Below, one piece after another: positions 51,197 to 61,871 of a DNA stretch of 64,000 nucleotides; the stretch's first letter is position 1, and every line of letters starts with the position of its first letter. Source of the DNA: an uncultured Candidatus Rokubacteria bacterium. GTDB taxonomy: Bacteria > Methylomirabilota > Methylomirabilia > Rokubacteriales > DASRDR01. The stretch covers positions 256,001 through 320,000 of the forward strand of contig CAVPSB010000031.1 in assembly GCA_963708025.1 (NCBI GenBank), in the 5' to 3' direction. The notes under the pieces are model-generated. The model ran no database searches. It was not told where the DNA came from and was given only the letters and a program-made list of their open reading frames with translations. The position numbers and the translations under genes are program-made.

Positions 51197-52919
51197 GCGG
51201 ACGGTCCTGCTGCTCCTGGGGGCGCTGCTCCTGGTGGGGGCGGTCGTCCGCATCTGGGGCAACGACTACGGCCTGCCGCACACCTATCACCCGGACGAGG
51301 GGCACATCGTCAACCGGGCCATCCGGTTCCACGGTGGCGACCTCGACCCGAAGTTCTTCAACTGGCCGAGCCTGTACATGTACCTCCTCTCCGCCGTCTA
51401 CGGCGTGGTCTTTGGCCTGCGCGGCGTCGTCGAGTCGTTCAGCCAGGACCCGGTCCCGTTTTACCTCATCGGGCGGACGCTGACCGCGCTCATGGGCACG
51501 GCCACCATCGCCGTGCTCTACGTGCTCGCCGCCGAGCTGTACGGCGCGACCGTCGGCCTGCTGGCGGGCCTGTTCCTGACCGTCAATCTGCTCCACATCC
51601 GCGACTCGCACTACATCACGACCGACGTCCCGCTCACGTTCCTCATCACGGTCGCCCTCCTGTTCGTCTTCCGCTACTGGCGCGCCGGCCGGGGCCGCGA
51701 CGCGCTCTGGGCCGGCCTCTTCGCCGGGCTGGCCGCCTCGATGAAGTATCCGGGGGGGCTCGTGCTGCTTCCGCTGGCTCTGGCGCATCTGCTTCGCGAG
51801 CGGCCGCCGGGAGGGATCGTGCGGTGGGTGGTGAGCCCGACCATGATCCTGGCCGGGGTCCTGGCCGTAGTGGGCTTCCTGATCGGCACCCCCTACGCGG
51901 TGCTGACTCCGGTGGCGTTCGCCCGCGGGGTGTTCAGCGAGCTCCGGGAAGTGAACACCGTACAGTTCGGCAACGAGGCCGACATGAACGCCTATCTCTT
52001 CCACCTCCTCCATTCGTTCCCGGAGGGGATGGGCGTGCCGCTCTTGCTCCTGGCCCTGGTCGGCGTCGTCCTGACGGTCCTCCGTCAGGGCCGTCGCGAG
52101 GTGATCCTGCTGGCGTTCCCGTTGCCGTACTTCCTGGTGATCGGCAGCTGGAGCTCCCGCTTCGAGCGCTACACGCTTCCGCTCCTTCCGTTCCTCACGC
52201 TGCTGGCCGCCCTCGGCCTGGTCGCCATCGCCAGCTGGCTCCACGAGCGTGCGGCCCGGTGGTCCGGGCGGGTCACCGCCACCTGGTGGCCGGGGCTGGC
52301 GCTCGCGCTCGCCGTGGCCCTCCTGGTCGGCCCCGAGGTGGCGCGGGGGATCCACTGGCACCGGCTCCTGGCCCGGCCGGACACGCGGGCGGTGGCGGGG
52401 GAGTGGATCGAGCGGGAGATTCCGGCCGAAGCCCGGATCGCGATGGAGCCCTACTCCCCGGCCATCCGCCTCTCCCGCGCCATGGTGCGGGCCGAGCGGG
52501 AGCGTCTCGGCAACAGCGTGGCGGACACGATCACCCGGAATCGATACGATCAATTCCTGGCGAGCCAGGTTCCACCGACCGAGCGGGGGTACTGGCTCTT
52601 CCGCCTGAACCGGTACGATCTCGACCGGCTGCTCGGCGAGAAAGTCGAGTACGTGGTCCTGTCCGGCTTCACCTACCAGCGCTACCAGCGCGCCTGCGAT
52701 CGATACGCGGAAGCCTGCCGCTTCTACCGGGAGCTCGAGCGGCGTGGCACCCTGATCTACGCCATCGAGCCGGGTGCCGACGGACAGGCTCTCTGGGTCG
52801 GGGACATCTACTCGCCGCTGACCCGGCTCACCGAGCGCACTCGTCCGGGCCCGCCCATCAGGATCTACCGGCTCCTGGTGACCGGGCCCGCCGCCGGCCC
52901 GCCGCCGGGACGAGGCTGA
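51192..52919 (+). CDS. ArnT/PMT-like (GT-C) membrane glycosyltransferase; start unresolved
   Basis: YHPDE first loop, FFNWP, SHYITTD, SMKYP, RY.LP, many TMs. Confidence 0.85.
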   Translation, partial: SERTVLLLLGALLLVGAVVRIWGNDYGLPHTYHPDEGHIVNRAIRFHGGDLDPKFFNWPSLYMYLLSAVYGVVFGLRGVVESFSQDPVPFYLIGRTLTALMGTATIAVLYVLAAELYGATVGLLAGLFLTVNLLHIRDSHYITTDVPLTFLITVALLFVFRYWRAGRGRDALWAGLFAGLAASMKYPGGLVLLPLALAHLLRERPPGGIVRWVVSPTMILAGVLAVVGFLIGTPYAVLTPVAFARGVFSELREVNTVQFGNEADMNAYLFHLLHSFPEGMGVPLLLLALVGVVLTVLRQGRREVILLAFPLPYFLVIGSWSSRFERYTLPLLPFLTLLAALGLVAIASWLHERAARWSGRVTATWWPGLALALAVALLVGPEVARGIHWHRLLARPDTRAVAGEWIEREIPAEARIAMEPYSPAIRLSRAMVRAERERLGNSVADTITRNRYDQFLASQVPPTERGYWLFRLNRYDLDRLLGEKVEYVVLSGFTYQRYQRACDRYAEACRFYRELERRGTLIYAIEPGADGQALWVGDIYSPLTRLTERTRPGPPIRIYRLLVTGPAAGPPPGRG

Positions 52920-53095
52920 GGGGCGACGGTGGGCGCCGTCGGGATCGCGTCGCCGCCGGCGCACGCCTGAGGCCCACCTTTTAAGCGTCGGCGGCAGCGG
53001 CTGGCTCGGTTAGGATGCCGTGAAAACGGAGCGCGAGAGAGGCGACCAATGCGACACGAGTGCGAGAGCTACGTAGGGCGGCGGCGACGGACGCC

Positions 53096-55423
53096 ATGAA
53101 GCAGGTCGGCACCGATCGAAGCATCGCCGTCCCGACGACGCTCGTGCGGGCCGCGGCGGCCGATCCAGCCACGGCCCACGCCCTCGCCGTGCTCGCGATG
53201 GTCGCGATAGCCGGCGGCGCGGCGCTGTCCTGGGAAGTGGTCTGGCAGCTCCACGCCTCGCTGGCGCTCGGCGCGTCGGCCAAGGCCGCCGCGGTCGTGC
53301 TGGTCGCGACCATGGCCGGGATGACGGTGGGTTCCATGTTGATGGGCAGAGCGCTCCGCGGGCGGTGGGCGGACGCCCCGCTTCGGGTGTACGGCACCCT
53401 CGAGCTGGTCGTCGGGTTGTCGGGGCTGTGCCTGGCCGGCGGCTTCCGCGTGCTCGAGGGGCTCGACGGCGCGCTGTTCCTGGACGCGCCGGGGTCCAGC
53501 ATCGCCGCCCGTCTCGCGGGCATCCTGGTGCTGCTCGGTCCGCCCACGGTCGCCATGGGGGCGAGCATCCCGGTGTTCGGGCTGCTGGCGCGCAGGTCGC
53601 GACGCTCCATCGCGGCCCTGTACGCCGCCAACACGGCGGGGGCGGCGGCCGGGGCGCTGGTGGTGGCGCTGGTGCTCCTTCCCGAACTCGGCGTGGCGCT
53701 GACGACGCGCGCACTCGCCGCGCTCGACATGCTCGTGTGCGCGGTCGCCTGGCTGATTCGCCTGCCCGACCCGCCGCCAGCCGCCACCACCGAGACGACA
53801 CCACCGGAGACCGGGGAACCGGCCGACTCTCGACTCGAGCCGGCCGGGCCGATCGCCCGAGCTCCGGCAATGGCGTGGGCAGTGGTGTTCTGCACCGGCG
53901 TCGTCACCTTCGCCCTGGAGGTGGCGTGGTTCCGCTCGCTCCGCGCGGCGTTCCAGAGCACGACGGACACGTTTGCCATCATGCTGGCGTCGGTCCTGCT
54001 GCCGCTGGCCGCCGGCGCCCGCCTGGCCCCGTGGCTGCGCGCCCGGCGGGTGGAGCTTGGCACGATCCTGGGGGGCGCGGCCATCGCGACACTGCTGGCG
54101 ACGCCGGTAGTGGAACGCTTCGACGTCATCACCGGCATCGAGAGCCGCTACTGGGTGTTCATGGGGACGTGGTTCGCGACCTCGCTCGCCGTGCTGGGTC
54201 CGCCGATCCTGCTCCTGGGGGTGGCGCTGCCCTGGCTCCTGGAGGAGCAGCGGTCTCCCGTCCGCTGGGGACAGCTGTACGCGGTGAACACTCTCGGCGC
54301 CATCGTCGGCTCGGTCGGTGCGGCATGGATGCTGCTCCCGGTGGTCGGGGCGACCGCGACGGCGTGGATCGCCGGCGCGGTGCTGCTGGTCGCGGCCACC
54401 GGCGTCTCGACCGGGCGTGCCCGGCGGGTGGTACTGGTCGCGGGCGTGATCGCGCTGGGGCTGGCGGTGTCCGCCGCGTCCGGTGTGGGGAGGATGCGGG
54501 TGCAGGGAAGGCTGCGGTTCCCTGTGCAACGGGTCCTCGGACACCACGAGACGCCCGATGCCACGGTGGCCGCGGTGGAATACGAGGGCGGCTCGCGGGC
54601 GCTGGTCGTGGACGGCTTCGTCGCCGCGCTGGAGCACTCCAGCGCCCACTACATGGAATGGATGGGGCGGCTGCCGATGATCCTGCATCCGTCGCCACGC
54701 CGCGCCCTCGTCATCGCCTTCGGCACCGGCCAGACCGCCAACGGCGTGCGCGTGGAAGGACCGGCCGCGCTCGACATCGTGGATCTCAACGAGGCCGTGT
54801 TCCGGCTTGCCCCGTTCTTCCCGACGAATCAGGGCGTCCTGCGCGACCCGCGCGTGCACCCGGTGGTGATGGACGGCCGGGCCTGGCTCCGGCGCACCCA
54901 GGAGAGCTACGACGTCGTGACCCTGGAGCCCATGCCGCCCTACTTCGCCGGAGTCAACTCGCTGTACTCCCTGGAGTTCTACCGTCTGGCGGCCGCTCGG
55001 ATGAACCCGGGCGCCGTCATCGCGCAATGGCTCCCGTTCCACCTCCTGCCGCCTCACCATGCGGTCGCGGTGGCGGCGACGTTCCGCGCGGTGTTCCCCG
55101 ACTCGATCGTCTGGATCGACCCGGTCGGGCGGACCGGGATCCTCCTGGGACGGCGCGAGCACGGCACGCCGCCGCTCGGCCTCGAGTGGCCGGGCCTCCA
55201 GCGCCCGGCGCCGGGACGCCTGCAAGCCCAGGTGATCGCGGACGCGGTCGCGCTGGATACCGCCGGGCTGGCCCGGTACGCGGCGCTCGGCAGTCTGGTG
55301 ACCGACGACAACCAGTTGCTCGCCTACGGCCGCGCCCGGCAGCAGATGGCCGACTATGGCACCGGCATGGAACAGTTCAACCTCTTGCTGGTGACCGCGG
55401 CCCGGGAGGGGCGGCTGCCGTGA
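53096..55423 (+). CDS. Fused multi-TM/spermidine synthase-like protein
   Basis: YAANTAG/YAVNTLG membrane repeats; LVIAFGTGQT, DGR, YDVVTLEP, LYSLEFY, TDDN. Confidence 0.88.
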   Translation: MKQVGTDRSIAVPTTLVRAAAADPATAHALAVLAMVAIAGGAALSWEVVWQLHASLALGASAKAAAVVLVATMAGMTVGSMLMGRALRGRWADAPLRVYGTLELVVGLSGLCLAGGFRVLEGLDGALFLDAPGSSIAARLAGILVLLGPPTVAMGASIPVFGLLARRSRRSIAALYAANTAGAAAGALVVALVLLPELGVALTTRALAALDMLVCAVAWLIRLPDPPPAATTETTPPETGEPADSRLEPAGPIARAPAMAWAVVFCTGVVTFALEVAWFRSLRAAFQSTTDTFAIMLASVLLPLAAGARLAPWLRARRVELGTILGGAAIATLLATPVVERFDVITGIESRYWVFMGTWFATSLAVLGPPILLLGVALPWLLEEQRSPVRWGQLYAVNTLGAIVGSVGAAWMLLPVVGATATAWIAGAVLLVAATGVSTGRARRVVLVAGVIALGLAVSAASGVGRMRVQGRLRFPVQRVLGHHETPDATVAAVEYEGGSRALVVDGFVAALEHSSAHYMEWMGRLPMILHPSPRRALVIAFGTGQTANGVRVEGPAALDIVDLNEAVFRLAPFFPTNQGVLRDPRVHPVVMDGRAWLRRTQESYDVVTLEPMPPYFAGVNSLYSLEFYRLAAARMNPGAVIAQWLPFHLLPPHHAVAVAATFRAVFPDSIVWIDPVGRTGILLGRREHGTPPLGLEWPGLQRPAPGRLQAQVIADAVALDTAGLARYAALGSLVTDDNQLLAYGRARQQMADYGTGMEQFNLLLVTAAREGRLP

Positions 55424-55454
55424 TCGACCCGCGGGGGCCGGACCCGTCGGCGCG

Positions 55455-57392
55455 ATGCGCCGGCACGTGCGCCCGATGAGCGGGGCCCGGGCGTCGATGG
55501 CGGGTCGGCTGGCCGGCCTGGCGGCGCCGCGGACGGGTGCTTGGCCCCGGCTCGTGGCGCCGACGCTGATCCTGGTCGTCGCGGCTGCCTGCCTCCCCGC
55601 CGCCTTCTACGGGATGTTCAGCGGCTTCCGCGACTACGACGACGAGGGCTACCTGCTCATCTCCCTGCGGGACTACGCGCGAGGGGGGGTTCTGTACGAC
55701 CAGGTCTACACGCAGTACGGTCCCGTCTACTATCAGCTGCTGACCGCCGTCTTCGGGCTGCTCGGTCTCGAGTTCACCCATACCGCCGGGCGGGCGTTCG
55801 TCCTGGCCCTGTGGGTCGCGGTGCCCGCCCTCTGTGCCTTCGCCACGTATCGGCTGACGCGCAACCTCGCCGTCACGCTGGCCACGCAGCTCCTGGTGTT
55901 CCTGGCGCTGGTTCCGCTCCGCGACGAGCCGCCGCACCCGGGCGGCCTCCTCACGCTCCTCGTCAGCGCCGTCGTGGTGGCCGGCACCTTTCTGCAGACT
56001 CGGGGCCGGCCGGTGGCGATCGCCCTCATCGGGGCCTTCCTGGGGGCCGCGACCCTGATGAAGGTCAACGTCGGCCTCTTCGGGGTCGCCTCGACCGTCT
56101 TCGTCTTGCTGATGGCGGCCCACCCCGCGCCGGGCCGTCGGCTGTTGAGAGCGGCCGCCGGGGCGGGCCTGCTGCTGACGCCGGCCGTCCTGATGATCGG
56201 CCAGGCGGCGATGCCACTGGTGCGCACCTACCTCGTGGTCGGCGTGCTGTCCGCGCTGGCGGTCGTCCTGGTGGCGTGGACGGTCGCCCCTCGAGCGTTC
56301 GGGTGGAGGGACGTCGCGCTGTGCGGTGCGGCCTTCGTGACGACGCTGGGGGCGTCCTGCGCCTGGGAGCTGGCCCGGGGTACGACACCGGCGGCGCTGG
56401 CTCGGGGAATCCTGCTGGCGCCGCTCGATCAACCCGGCACTCTCCTGCTGTTGCTGCCGATCCCTCCTTCGGCCGTCTGGTGGGCGCTGGCGGCCGTGGC
56501 CTTCGCGGCGCTGCTCGGCGTCGCCCGCCGCCGGGGGCTGATCGCGCAGCCCCTCGTGACCGGCCTTCACGGGATCGGCCAGATCCTGGCGGGGCTCTTC
56601 ATCTGGCTGGTGGCCGACGAGCGGCTGCCCGTCGGGCCACTGGCGCCGTGGGCGCTCCTGTGGCTAGCATTGGCGCCACCTCGAGCGGATGGAGATCAGG
56701 AGCGGGGGGTCGGAACATTCCTGCTGGTCGCCATCGCTCTGCTTCAGGCGCTCCATGCCTATCCGGTCGCGGGCAGCCAGGTGTCCTGGGCGACCTTCCT
56801 CTTCATCCCGGTGGGCGCCGTCCTGATTGCCGATGGCTGGCGGGTGGTGGTCGCCACCGGGGTGACGAGCCGCTGGCGCCTGCTGGTCCCCGCCCTGGCC
56901 ACCGCGACGCTCGCCCTGTCCATGGCCTCCGCGTTCGCGACCGGCCAGCTTCTCCGGTCCGCCTATCGCGAGGGCGTCCCCCTGGGCCTGCCGGGAGCCG
57001 AGACCATCCGGGTCACGCCCCGCCAGGCCGCGCGCTATCGGCTGCTGACGCAGAATCTCGCTCGCTGCACGACGTTCGTCACGTTGCCGGGTCTCAACAG
57101 CCTCTACCTGTTCAGCCAGGTGGAGCCGCCCACGATGATGAACACTACGGCATGGGTCACGCTGCTGAGTCGAGGTCAGCAGCTCGAGATCGTGGAGCGC
57201 GTGTCGCACATGCCCAATCCCGTGTGCGCCGTCCGGATCCGTGACGCGGCGCTGGACCGGTTCGACACTCCGCTGATCCGGTACATCAGAGACGAGTTCG
57301 TTCCCGTCTTCAGCGTGGACGACTACGCGTTCATGGTCGAGCGACGGCCGCACGCGCGACTCGGCGGATCCCATGGGCCTGCGAGCGCCTGA
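55455..57392 (+). CDS. Polytopic membrane protein, GT-C-like (start uncertain)
   Basis: YDDEGY...LYDQVYTQYGP first loop, many TMs, C-terminal soluble domain. Confidence 0.72.
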   Translation: MRRHVRPMSGARASMAGRLAGLAAPRTGAWPRLVAPTLILVVAAACLPAAFYGMFSGFRDYDDEGYLLISLRDYARGGVLYDQVYTQYGPVYYQLLTAVFGLLGLEFTHTAGRAFVLALWVAVPALCAFATYRLTRNLAVTLATQLLVFLALVPLRDEPPHPGGLLTLLVSAVVVAGTFLQTRGRPVAIALIGAFLGAATLMKVNVGLFGVASTVFVLLMAAHPAPGRRLLRAAAGAGLLLTPAVLMIGQAAMPLVRTYLVVGVLSALAVVLVAWTVAPRAFGWRDVALCGAAFVTTLGASCAWELARGTTPAALARGILLAPLDQPGTLLLLLPIPPSAVWWALAAVAFAALLGVARRRGLIAQPLVTGLHGIGQILAGLFIWLVADERLPVGPLAPWALLWLALAPPRADGDQERGVGTFLLVAIALLQALHAYPVAGSQVSWATFLFIPVGAVLIADGWRVVVATGVTSRWRLLVPALATATLALSMASAFATGQLLRSAYREGVPLGLPGAETIRVTPRQAARYRLLTQNLARCTTFVTLPGLNSLYLFSQVEPPTMMNTTAWVTLLSRGQQLEIVERVSHMPNPVCAVRIRDAALDRFDTPLIRYIRDEFVPVFSVDDYAFMVERRPHARLGGSHGPASA

Positions 57393-58431
57393 CCGGGGCG
57401 CGGAAGCATCCGGCGGCTCCGACGATCGGGATCGTCGGTCCGTTCCCGGCCCGGACGCGGCCCCCCTCGTCATCCTCATGCCGCTCTACAACGACTGGGC
57501 CGCCCTGCCCATTCTGCTCGAGCGGCTCGACAAGGCGCTGGGCGGCGCGGGTCTCCCCGCCGAGGTCGTGGTGGTCAACGATGGCTCGTCCTCGATTCCG
57601 GATGATCGGGAGTGGCTCGATGCCCGGGGATACGGCCAGATCACGTCGGTGACCACGCTCCATCTCGGTCGAAACGTCGGCCATCAGCGTGCCATCGCGA
57701 TCGGGCTGGCGTACGTGCACGCGCACCGGCCGTGCCGGGCGGTGGTCGTCATGGATGCCGACGGGGAAGACGACCCCGAGGACGTTCCCCGGCTCGTCGC
57801 GGCGTGCGGGGTCGAGCATCCGGCCCTGGTGTTCGCGCACCGGGCGGAACGATCGGAAGGACCGGTTTTCCGGGCCCTGTATCGTCTCTACCGACTCGCC
57901 TATCGGCTGCTCACGGGCTCGACCATCTCGTTCGGCAACTTCAGCGTCGTCCCGACCCGCCTGCTGACCCGCCTCGTTCTGCTGTCGGAGCTCTGGAACC
58001 ACTACCCCTCGGCGGTGGTGAAGGCGCGCCTTCCCTTCGCGACGATCCCCGTCCAGCGCGCCCACCGCCTGGCCGGCCGGTCGCACATGAACCTGGTGTC
58101 GCTCGTCCTGCACGGGCTGGGCGGGATCGCGGTTCACGGCGACGTCATCGGCGTTCGGGCGCTGCTCGGCACGCTGGTCGCGATCGTGGCGTGCGTGATC
58201 GGCATCGCGGTGGTGGTCGCGATCCGGGTCGCCACCACCCTGGCGATTCCCGGCTGGGCCACCTACGTGGTCGGTCTCCTCGTGGCGATCCTCCTGCAAG
58301 CCGTCCTGCTGTCGCTCGTGTTCATCTTCATGATCCTGAACAGCCGGAACTACTCGACGGTCATCCCGCGGCGGGACTATGGCGACTACATCGCGAGCGT
58401 GGTGGAGCGCCGGGTCGAGCGACATGACTGA
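57373..58431 (+). CDS. GT2 polyprenyl-phosphate glycosyltransferase (second, divergent)
   Basis: MPLYND, VNDGS, RNVGHQRAI, MDADGED, FGNF, two C-terminal TMs. Confidence 0.9.
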   Translation: MGLRAPDRGAEASGGSDDRDRRSVPGPDAAPLVILMPLYNDWAALPILLERLDKALGGAGLPAEVVVVNDGSSSIPDDREWLDARGYGQITSVTTLHLGRNVGHQRAIAIGLAYVHAHRPCRAVVVMDADGEDDPEDVPRLVAACGVEHPALVFAHRAERSEGPVFRALYRLYRLAYRLLTGSTISFGNFSVVPTRLLTRLVLLSELWNHYPSAVVKARLPFATIPVQRAHRLAGRSHMNLVSLVLHGLGGIAVHGDVIGVRALLGTLVAIVACVIGIAVVVAIRVATTLAIPGWATYVVGLLVAILLQAVLLSLVFIFMILNSRNYSTVIPRRDYGDYIASVVERRVERHD

Positions 58432-58539
58432 AGCCTGTGAAGCCATTCAGTTCCTCCGGCCCCCCTCCGGCGTCCGCTCGGGGAGCCGAATCCGAGCGTC
58501 GCGATCCCGGCGCCGGCCCGTCTGCTAGGGAGGATCCCC

Positions 58540-60012
58540 ATGGTCAGGTGGCGTGGAGCCGCGGTGACGGCCGCGGTCCTAGTGGGGATCGGGGTGGTCA
58601 TGCTGTATCCCATCGACGATCTGGACGTCTGGTGGCTCCTGCGCTCGGGCGCGTACATGCTGGAGACCCGATCGTTCCCGACGGTCAACCCGTTCTCCGG
58701 GCCGGCGCGCGGGGCGCCGTGGGTGAATCACGCGTGGGCCTTCGAGCTGGTGCTCTACGGCGTCTACCGGCTGACCGGCACCACCGGGCTCATCCTTCTC
58801 CAGGCCGCGTTCGCGGTCGCGACGTTCGCCGTGCTCTATGGACTCCTCCGCCGGGAGGGCGCCGCCCGCGGATGGGCGCTGGCCGTCATCGCGGCTGGCG
58901 CCCTCGCCAGCCGGGGCTTCTGGGCGCCGCGGCCGCAGCTCGTGACCTATCTCGGCCTGGCCGTGTTCTGGGCGATCCTGCGCGACTGGCGGGACGGCCG
59001 TAACCGCCGGCTCTGGTGGCTGCCCCTCATCACGGTCGTCTGGGCCAACTTCCACGGCGGGTACATGGTGGGGCCGGTGCTGATCGGGCTCACCCTCGTC
59101 GGCGAGCTGTGGGATCGCGTGTTCGGGGTGCCGGCCGGCGGGGTGACGTCGCCCAGCCGCGAACCGGGGCGACTGGCGGTCGTCCTGGGCGCTTCGCTGC
59201 TGGCGACCGTCCTCACGCCCTTCCACTACCACGCCGTGCTCTTCCCGTTCCAGGTGCTGGGCGACCAGCTCGCCCAGGCCTTCATCATCGAGTGGACCTC
59301 GCCGCCGTTCCAGTACGGGGCGATCCGCCTGGTCGAGGGCCTGGTCCTCCTGACCCTGGGTCTTCTCCTCGCCGGCTCGCGGCGCTGCCCGGCCGCCGAC
59401 GTCGTCGTGCTGGCCGCCTTCCTCCACTTCGGGCTCCAGGCCCTCCGAAACATCCCGCTGCTGATCGTGGTCCTGCTGCCGATCCTGATGCGGGCGCTGA
59501 CCCACGTGCTGACCGACCGGGTCCCGGTGCTGATCGCGGCGAGCGGCCTCCCTCCGCGGCGGCTCGGAGCCGCGCTGGCGGCGGTCGCGCTCGCGTTCGC
59601 GGTCTGGTGGAACTTTCCGTCCCGGGGTGTCCGGGACGTCCTCCCGCGCGTCGGCGTGGCGGACATCTTTCCCGCCGGCGCCGTCGAGTTCCTGCAGCGG
59701 ACCCGTCCGCCGGGGCCGCTGTTCAACGACTACGGCTGGGGCGGGTACCTGATCTGGCGGCTCTATCCGGACTACGCGGTCTCCATCGACGGCCGGATGG
59801 CGGTGCACGGGCCGAAGCGCTTCGCCGACCATCTCGAGGTGACCGAGGTCCGGCCCCGGTGGCGGGAGACGCTCGAGCGGTCGGGCGCTCGGCTCACCCT
59901 CATCCCGGCGCGCTCGCCCCTGGCCATCGTCCTGCGGGCGTCCTCCGACTGGGACGTGCTGTACGAGGACCGGGTGTCGGTCCTGTTCGGCAAGCGGGGA
60001 CCGGCCTCGTGA
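58540..60012 (+). CDS. Polytopic membrane protein, GT-C-like
   Basis: DLDVWW...G, W.NH.W, RPQL, WANFHGG, EW.SP, FNDYGWGGYL, IDGR. Confidence 0.78.
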   Translation: MVRWRGAAVTAAVLVGIGVVMLYPIDDLDVWWLLRSGAYMLETRSFPTVNPFSGPARGAPWVNHAWAFELVLYGVYRLTGTTGLILLQAAFAVATFAVLYGLLRREGAARGWALAVIAAGALASRGFWAPRPQLVTYLGLAVFWAILRDWRDGRNRRLWWLPLITVVWANFHGGYMVGPVLIGLTLVGELWDRVFGVPAGGVTSPSREPGRLAVVLGASLLATVLTPFHYHAVLFPFQVLGDQLAQAFIIEWTSPPFQYGAIRLVEGLVLLTLGLLLAGSRRCPAADVVVLAAFLHFGLQALRNIPLLIVVLLPILMRALTHVLTDRVPVLIAASGLPPRRLGAALAAVALAFAVWWNFPSRGVRDVLPRVGVADIFPAGAVEFLQRTRPPGPLFNDYGWGGYLIWRLYPDYAVSIDGRMAVHGPKRFADHLEVTEVRPRWRETLERSGARLTLIPARSPLAIVLRASSDWDVLYEDRVSVLFGKRGPAS

Positions 60013-61832
60013 CACGGTCCGGCCTCGCGGTCGCCGTCCTGTACGGGCTGACGCTCCTGGCGGTCTTCACCCTCGCCCTGTCATCGCTCACCGAGTTCGA
60101 CTTCTGGTGGTACCTGGCGTCCGGTGAAAGGATCCTGGCGACCCGCTCCGTCCCCGCCACCGATCCGTTCTCCTACACGGCTCAGGGCCGGCCGTGGATC
60201 AACCACATGTGGGCCAGCCAGGTCCTCGTCCTCGAGCTCTGGCAGGCCGGCGGCCGCATCGCGCTGGTCGTCCTCAAGGGATTGATCGTGACGGCGACGT
60301 TCGGGGTGGTCCTCCTCACGATGCGCCGGCGGGGCGTCCATCCGATCCTGGCCTCCCTGGTGACGCTCGTCGCGGCGTGGGCGGGCTGGGAGTTCTGGGA
60401 CGTGCGCCCGCAGATCGTCACCTACCTGCTCCTGGCGGTGTTCCTCTACCTCCTGCGCGAGGGCTGGGAGACGCGCCCCCGCACCCTGGTGTGGCTCCCC
60501 CTGCTCATGGTCCCGTGGGCGAACCTCCACGCCGGCTTCGTCACCGGGATCGCCATCATCGGGCTGGTCGGCGTCGGGACGGCGGTGCCCTCCCTCGCCG
60601 GCCAGGAGCGGCGCCGGGCGGGCTGGCGGGTGCTGGGCCTGGCCACCGGCGTGGGCGCGGTCACCGGGCTGGCGAGCCTCGTCAACCCGTATGGCCTCCG
60701 GGCGGTCCTCTTCCCCCTCGAGGTGGTCAACACCCGGCTGTTCATGTCGTCCACGGCGGAGTGGTTCTCCCCGAACTTCCACAACCCGGTCTACCGGGGA
60801 TTCGAGCTGATGCTGCTGCTGCTCGTCCCGGCGTTCGCCTGGGGCCGCGGCCGCCTCGGCGTCACCGACGCGCTGGTCGGCCTGACTTTCGCGCATCTTG
60901 GCCTGTCCTCGGCTCGTCACGTCCCGCTCTTCGCGGTGGCGGTGGCGCCCCTCCTTGCCGACGGCCTCCAGGGCGCGGTACAGGAGGCATGGTCGCGCCG
61001 GCCCCGGGCGTGGGATCTGGCCGGCCGCCTGCGGCGAGCGCTACCGTCGTTCTGGCCCATCGTGACCTCCGCGCGGACCCCCGTGGCCGTCGTCGCCTTC
61101 GGCCTCCTGGTCGGCGTCGCCGCCGGGTGGATTGGCTTCCTCGATCCCATCGCCAACCCGTTCCTGCAGGACCTGAACGAGCGCCGCTATCCTCAGGACA
61201 CGATAGCCTTCATCAAGGGGGAGGGGCTTCCGGCGCCGCTGTTCAACGCCTACGCCTGGGGCGGCTACGAGCTGTGGCGGCTCTACCCCGAGTACCGGGT
61301 CTTCATGGACGGGCGGACCCACGTCTACGGCCGGGAGGTGCTGCAGGACTTCCTGGAAGTCAGCACCCTGGGCCGGCGCTGGCGCGCCGTCCTCGACAAG
61401 TGGGGGATCCAGACCGTGCTGGCGCAGCGGCCCTCGCAGCTGGCCCAGGTGCTCCTGGCCGTGGGCGGGTGGCGGCTTGTCTTCGTCGAGCGCGAGGCCG
61501 CCGTGTTCGTCCGGGAGAGCGAGGGGAACCAGGCGCTGCTGGAGCGGCTACCGCCGGTGAGCCTGTGGCCGCCGATCCCCGAGGTCGTGACCGCGCTGGT
61601 CGCCGGCCTGTCGGCGGTGGAGGCCGGCGACGACGAGCGCGCCGTCCGCCACTACCGGGAAGCTCTGGCGGTGGCCCCGGACCATCCGGTGGCCCTGATG
61701 AGCCTCGGCATCCTCCAGGAGAAGCGCGGCCGGACGGCCGAAGCGCGGGCGCTGTTCGAGCGGATCGTCGAGCTGTATGGGGAGGGGGAGCTCGTGGACA
61801 AGGCCAAGGGCCGGCTCCGGGGTCTCCCGTGA
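60009..61832 (+). CDS. GT-C-like membrane protein with C-terminal TPR, paralogue of 58540-60012
   Basis: GTGA overlap; DFWWY, WINH.W, RPQI, WANLHAG, EWFSP, FNAYAWGGY, MDGR; TPR-like helices. Confidence 0.8.
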   Translation: MTRSGLAVAVLYGLTLLAVFTLALSSLTEFDFWWYLASGERILATRSVPATDPFSYTAQGRPWINHMWASQVLVLELWQAGGRIALVVLKGLIVTATFGVVLLTMRRRGVHPILASLVTLVAAWAGWEFWDVRPQIVTYLLLAVFLYLLREGWETRPRTLVWLPLLMVPWANLHAGFVTGIAIIGLVGVGTAVPSLAGQERRRAGWRVLGLATGVGAVTGLASLVNPYGLRAVLFPLEVVNTRLFMSSTAEWFSPNFHNPVYRGFELMLLLLVPAFAWGRGRLGVTDALVGLTFAHLGLSSARHVPLFAVAVAPLLADGLQGAVQEAWSRRPRAWDLAGRLRRALPSFWPIVTSARTPVAVVAFGLLVGVAAGWIGFLDPIANPFLQDLNERRYPQDTIAFIKGEGLPAPLFNAYAWGGYELWRLYPEYRVFMDGRTHVYGREVLQDFLEVSTLGRRWRAVLDKWGIQTVLAQRPSQLAQVLLAVGGWRLVFVEREAAVFVRESEGNQALLERLPPVSLWPPIPEVVTALVAGLSAVEAGDDERAVRHYREALAVAPDHPVALMSLGILQEKRGRTAEARALFERIVELYGEGELVDKAKGRLRGLP

Positions 61833-61871
61833 GCGGCCCGGGCCGGGGCCCGTCGCCCCGGGTCGTCCGTT

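Noticed and set aside
59016-60008. N-terminal extension of the 938-aa ORF
   Set aside because: Off-frame overlap with 58540-60012; the real start is GTG 60009
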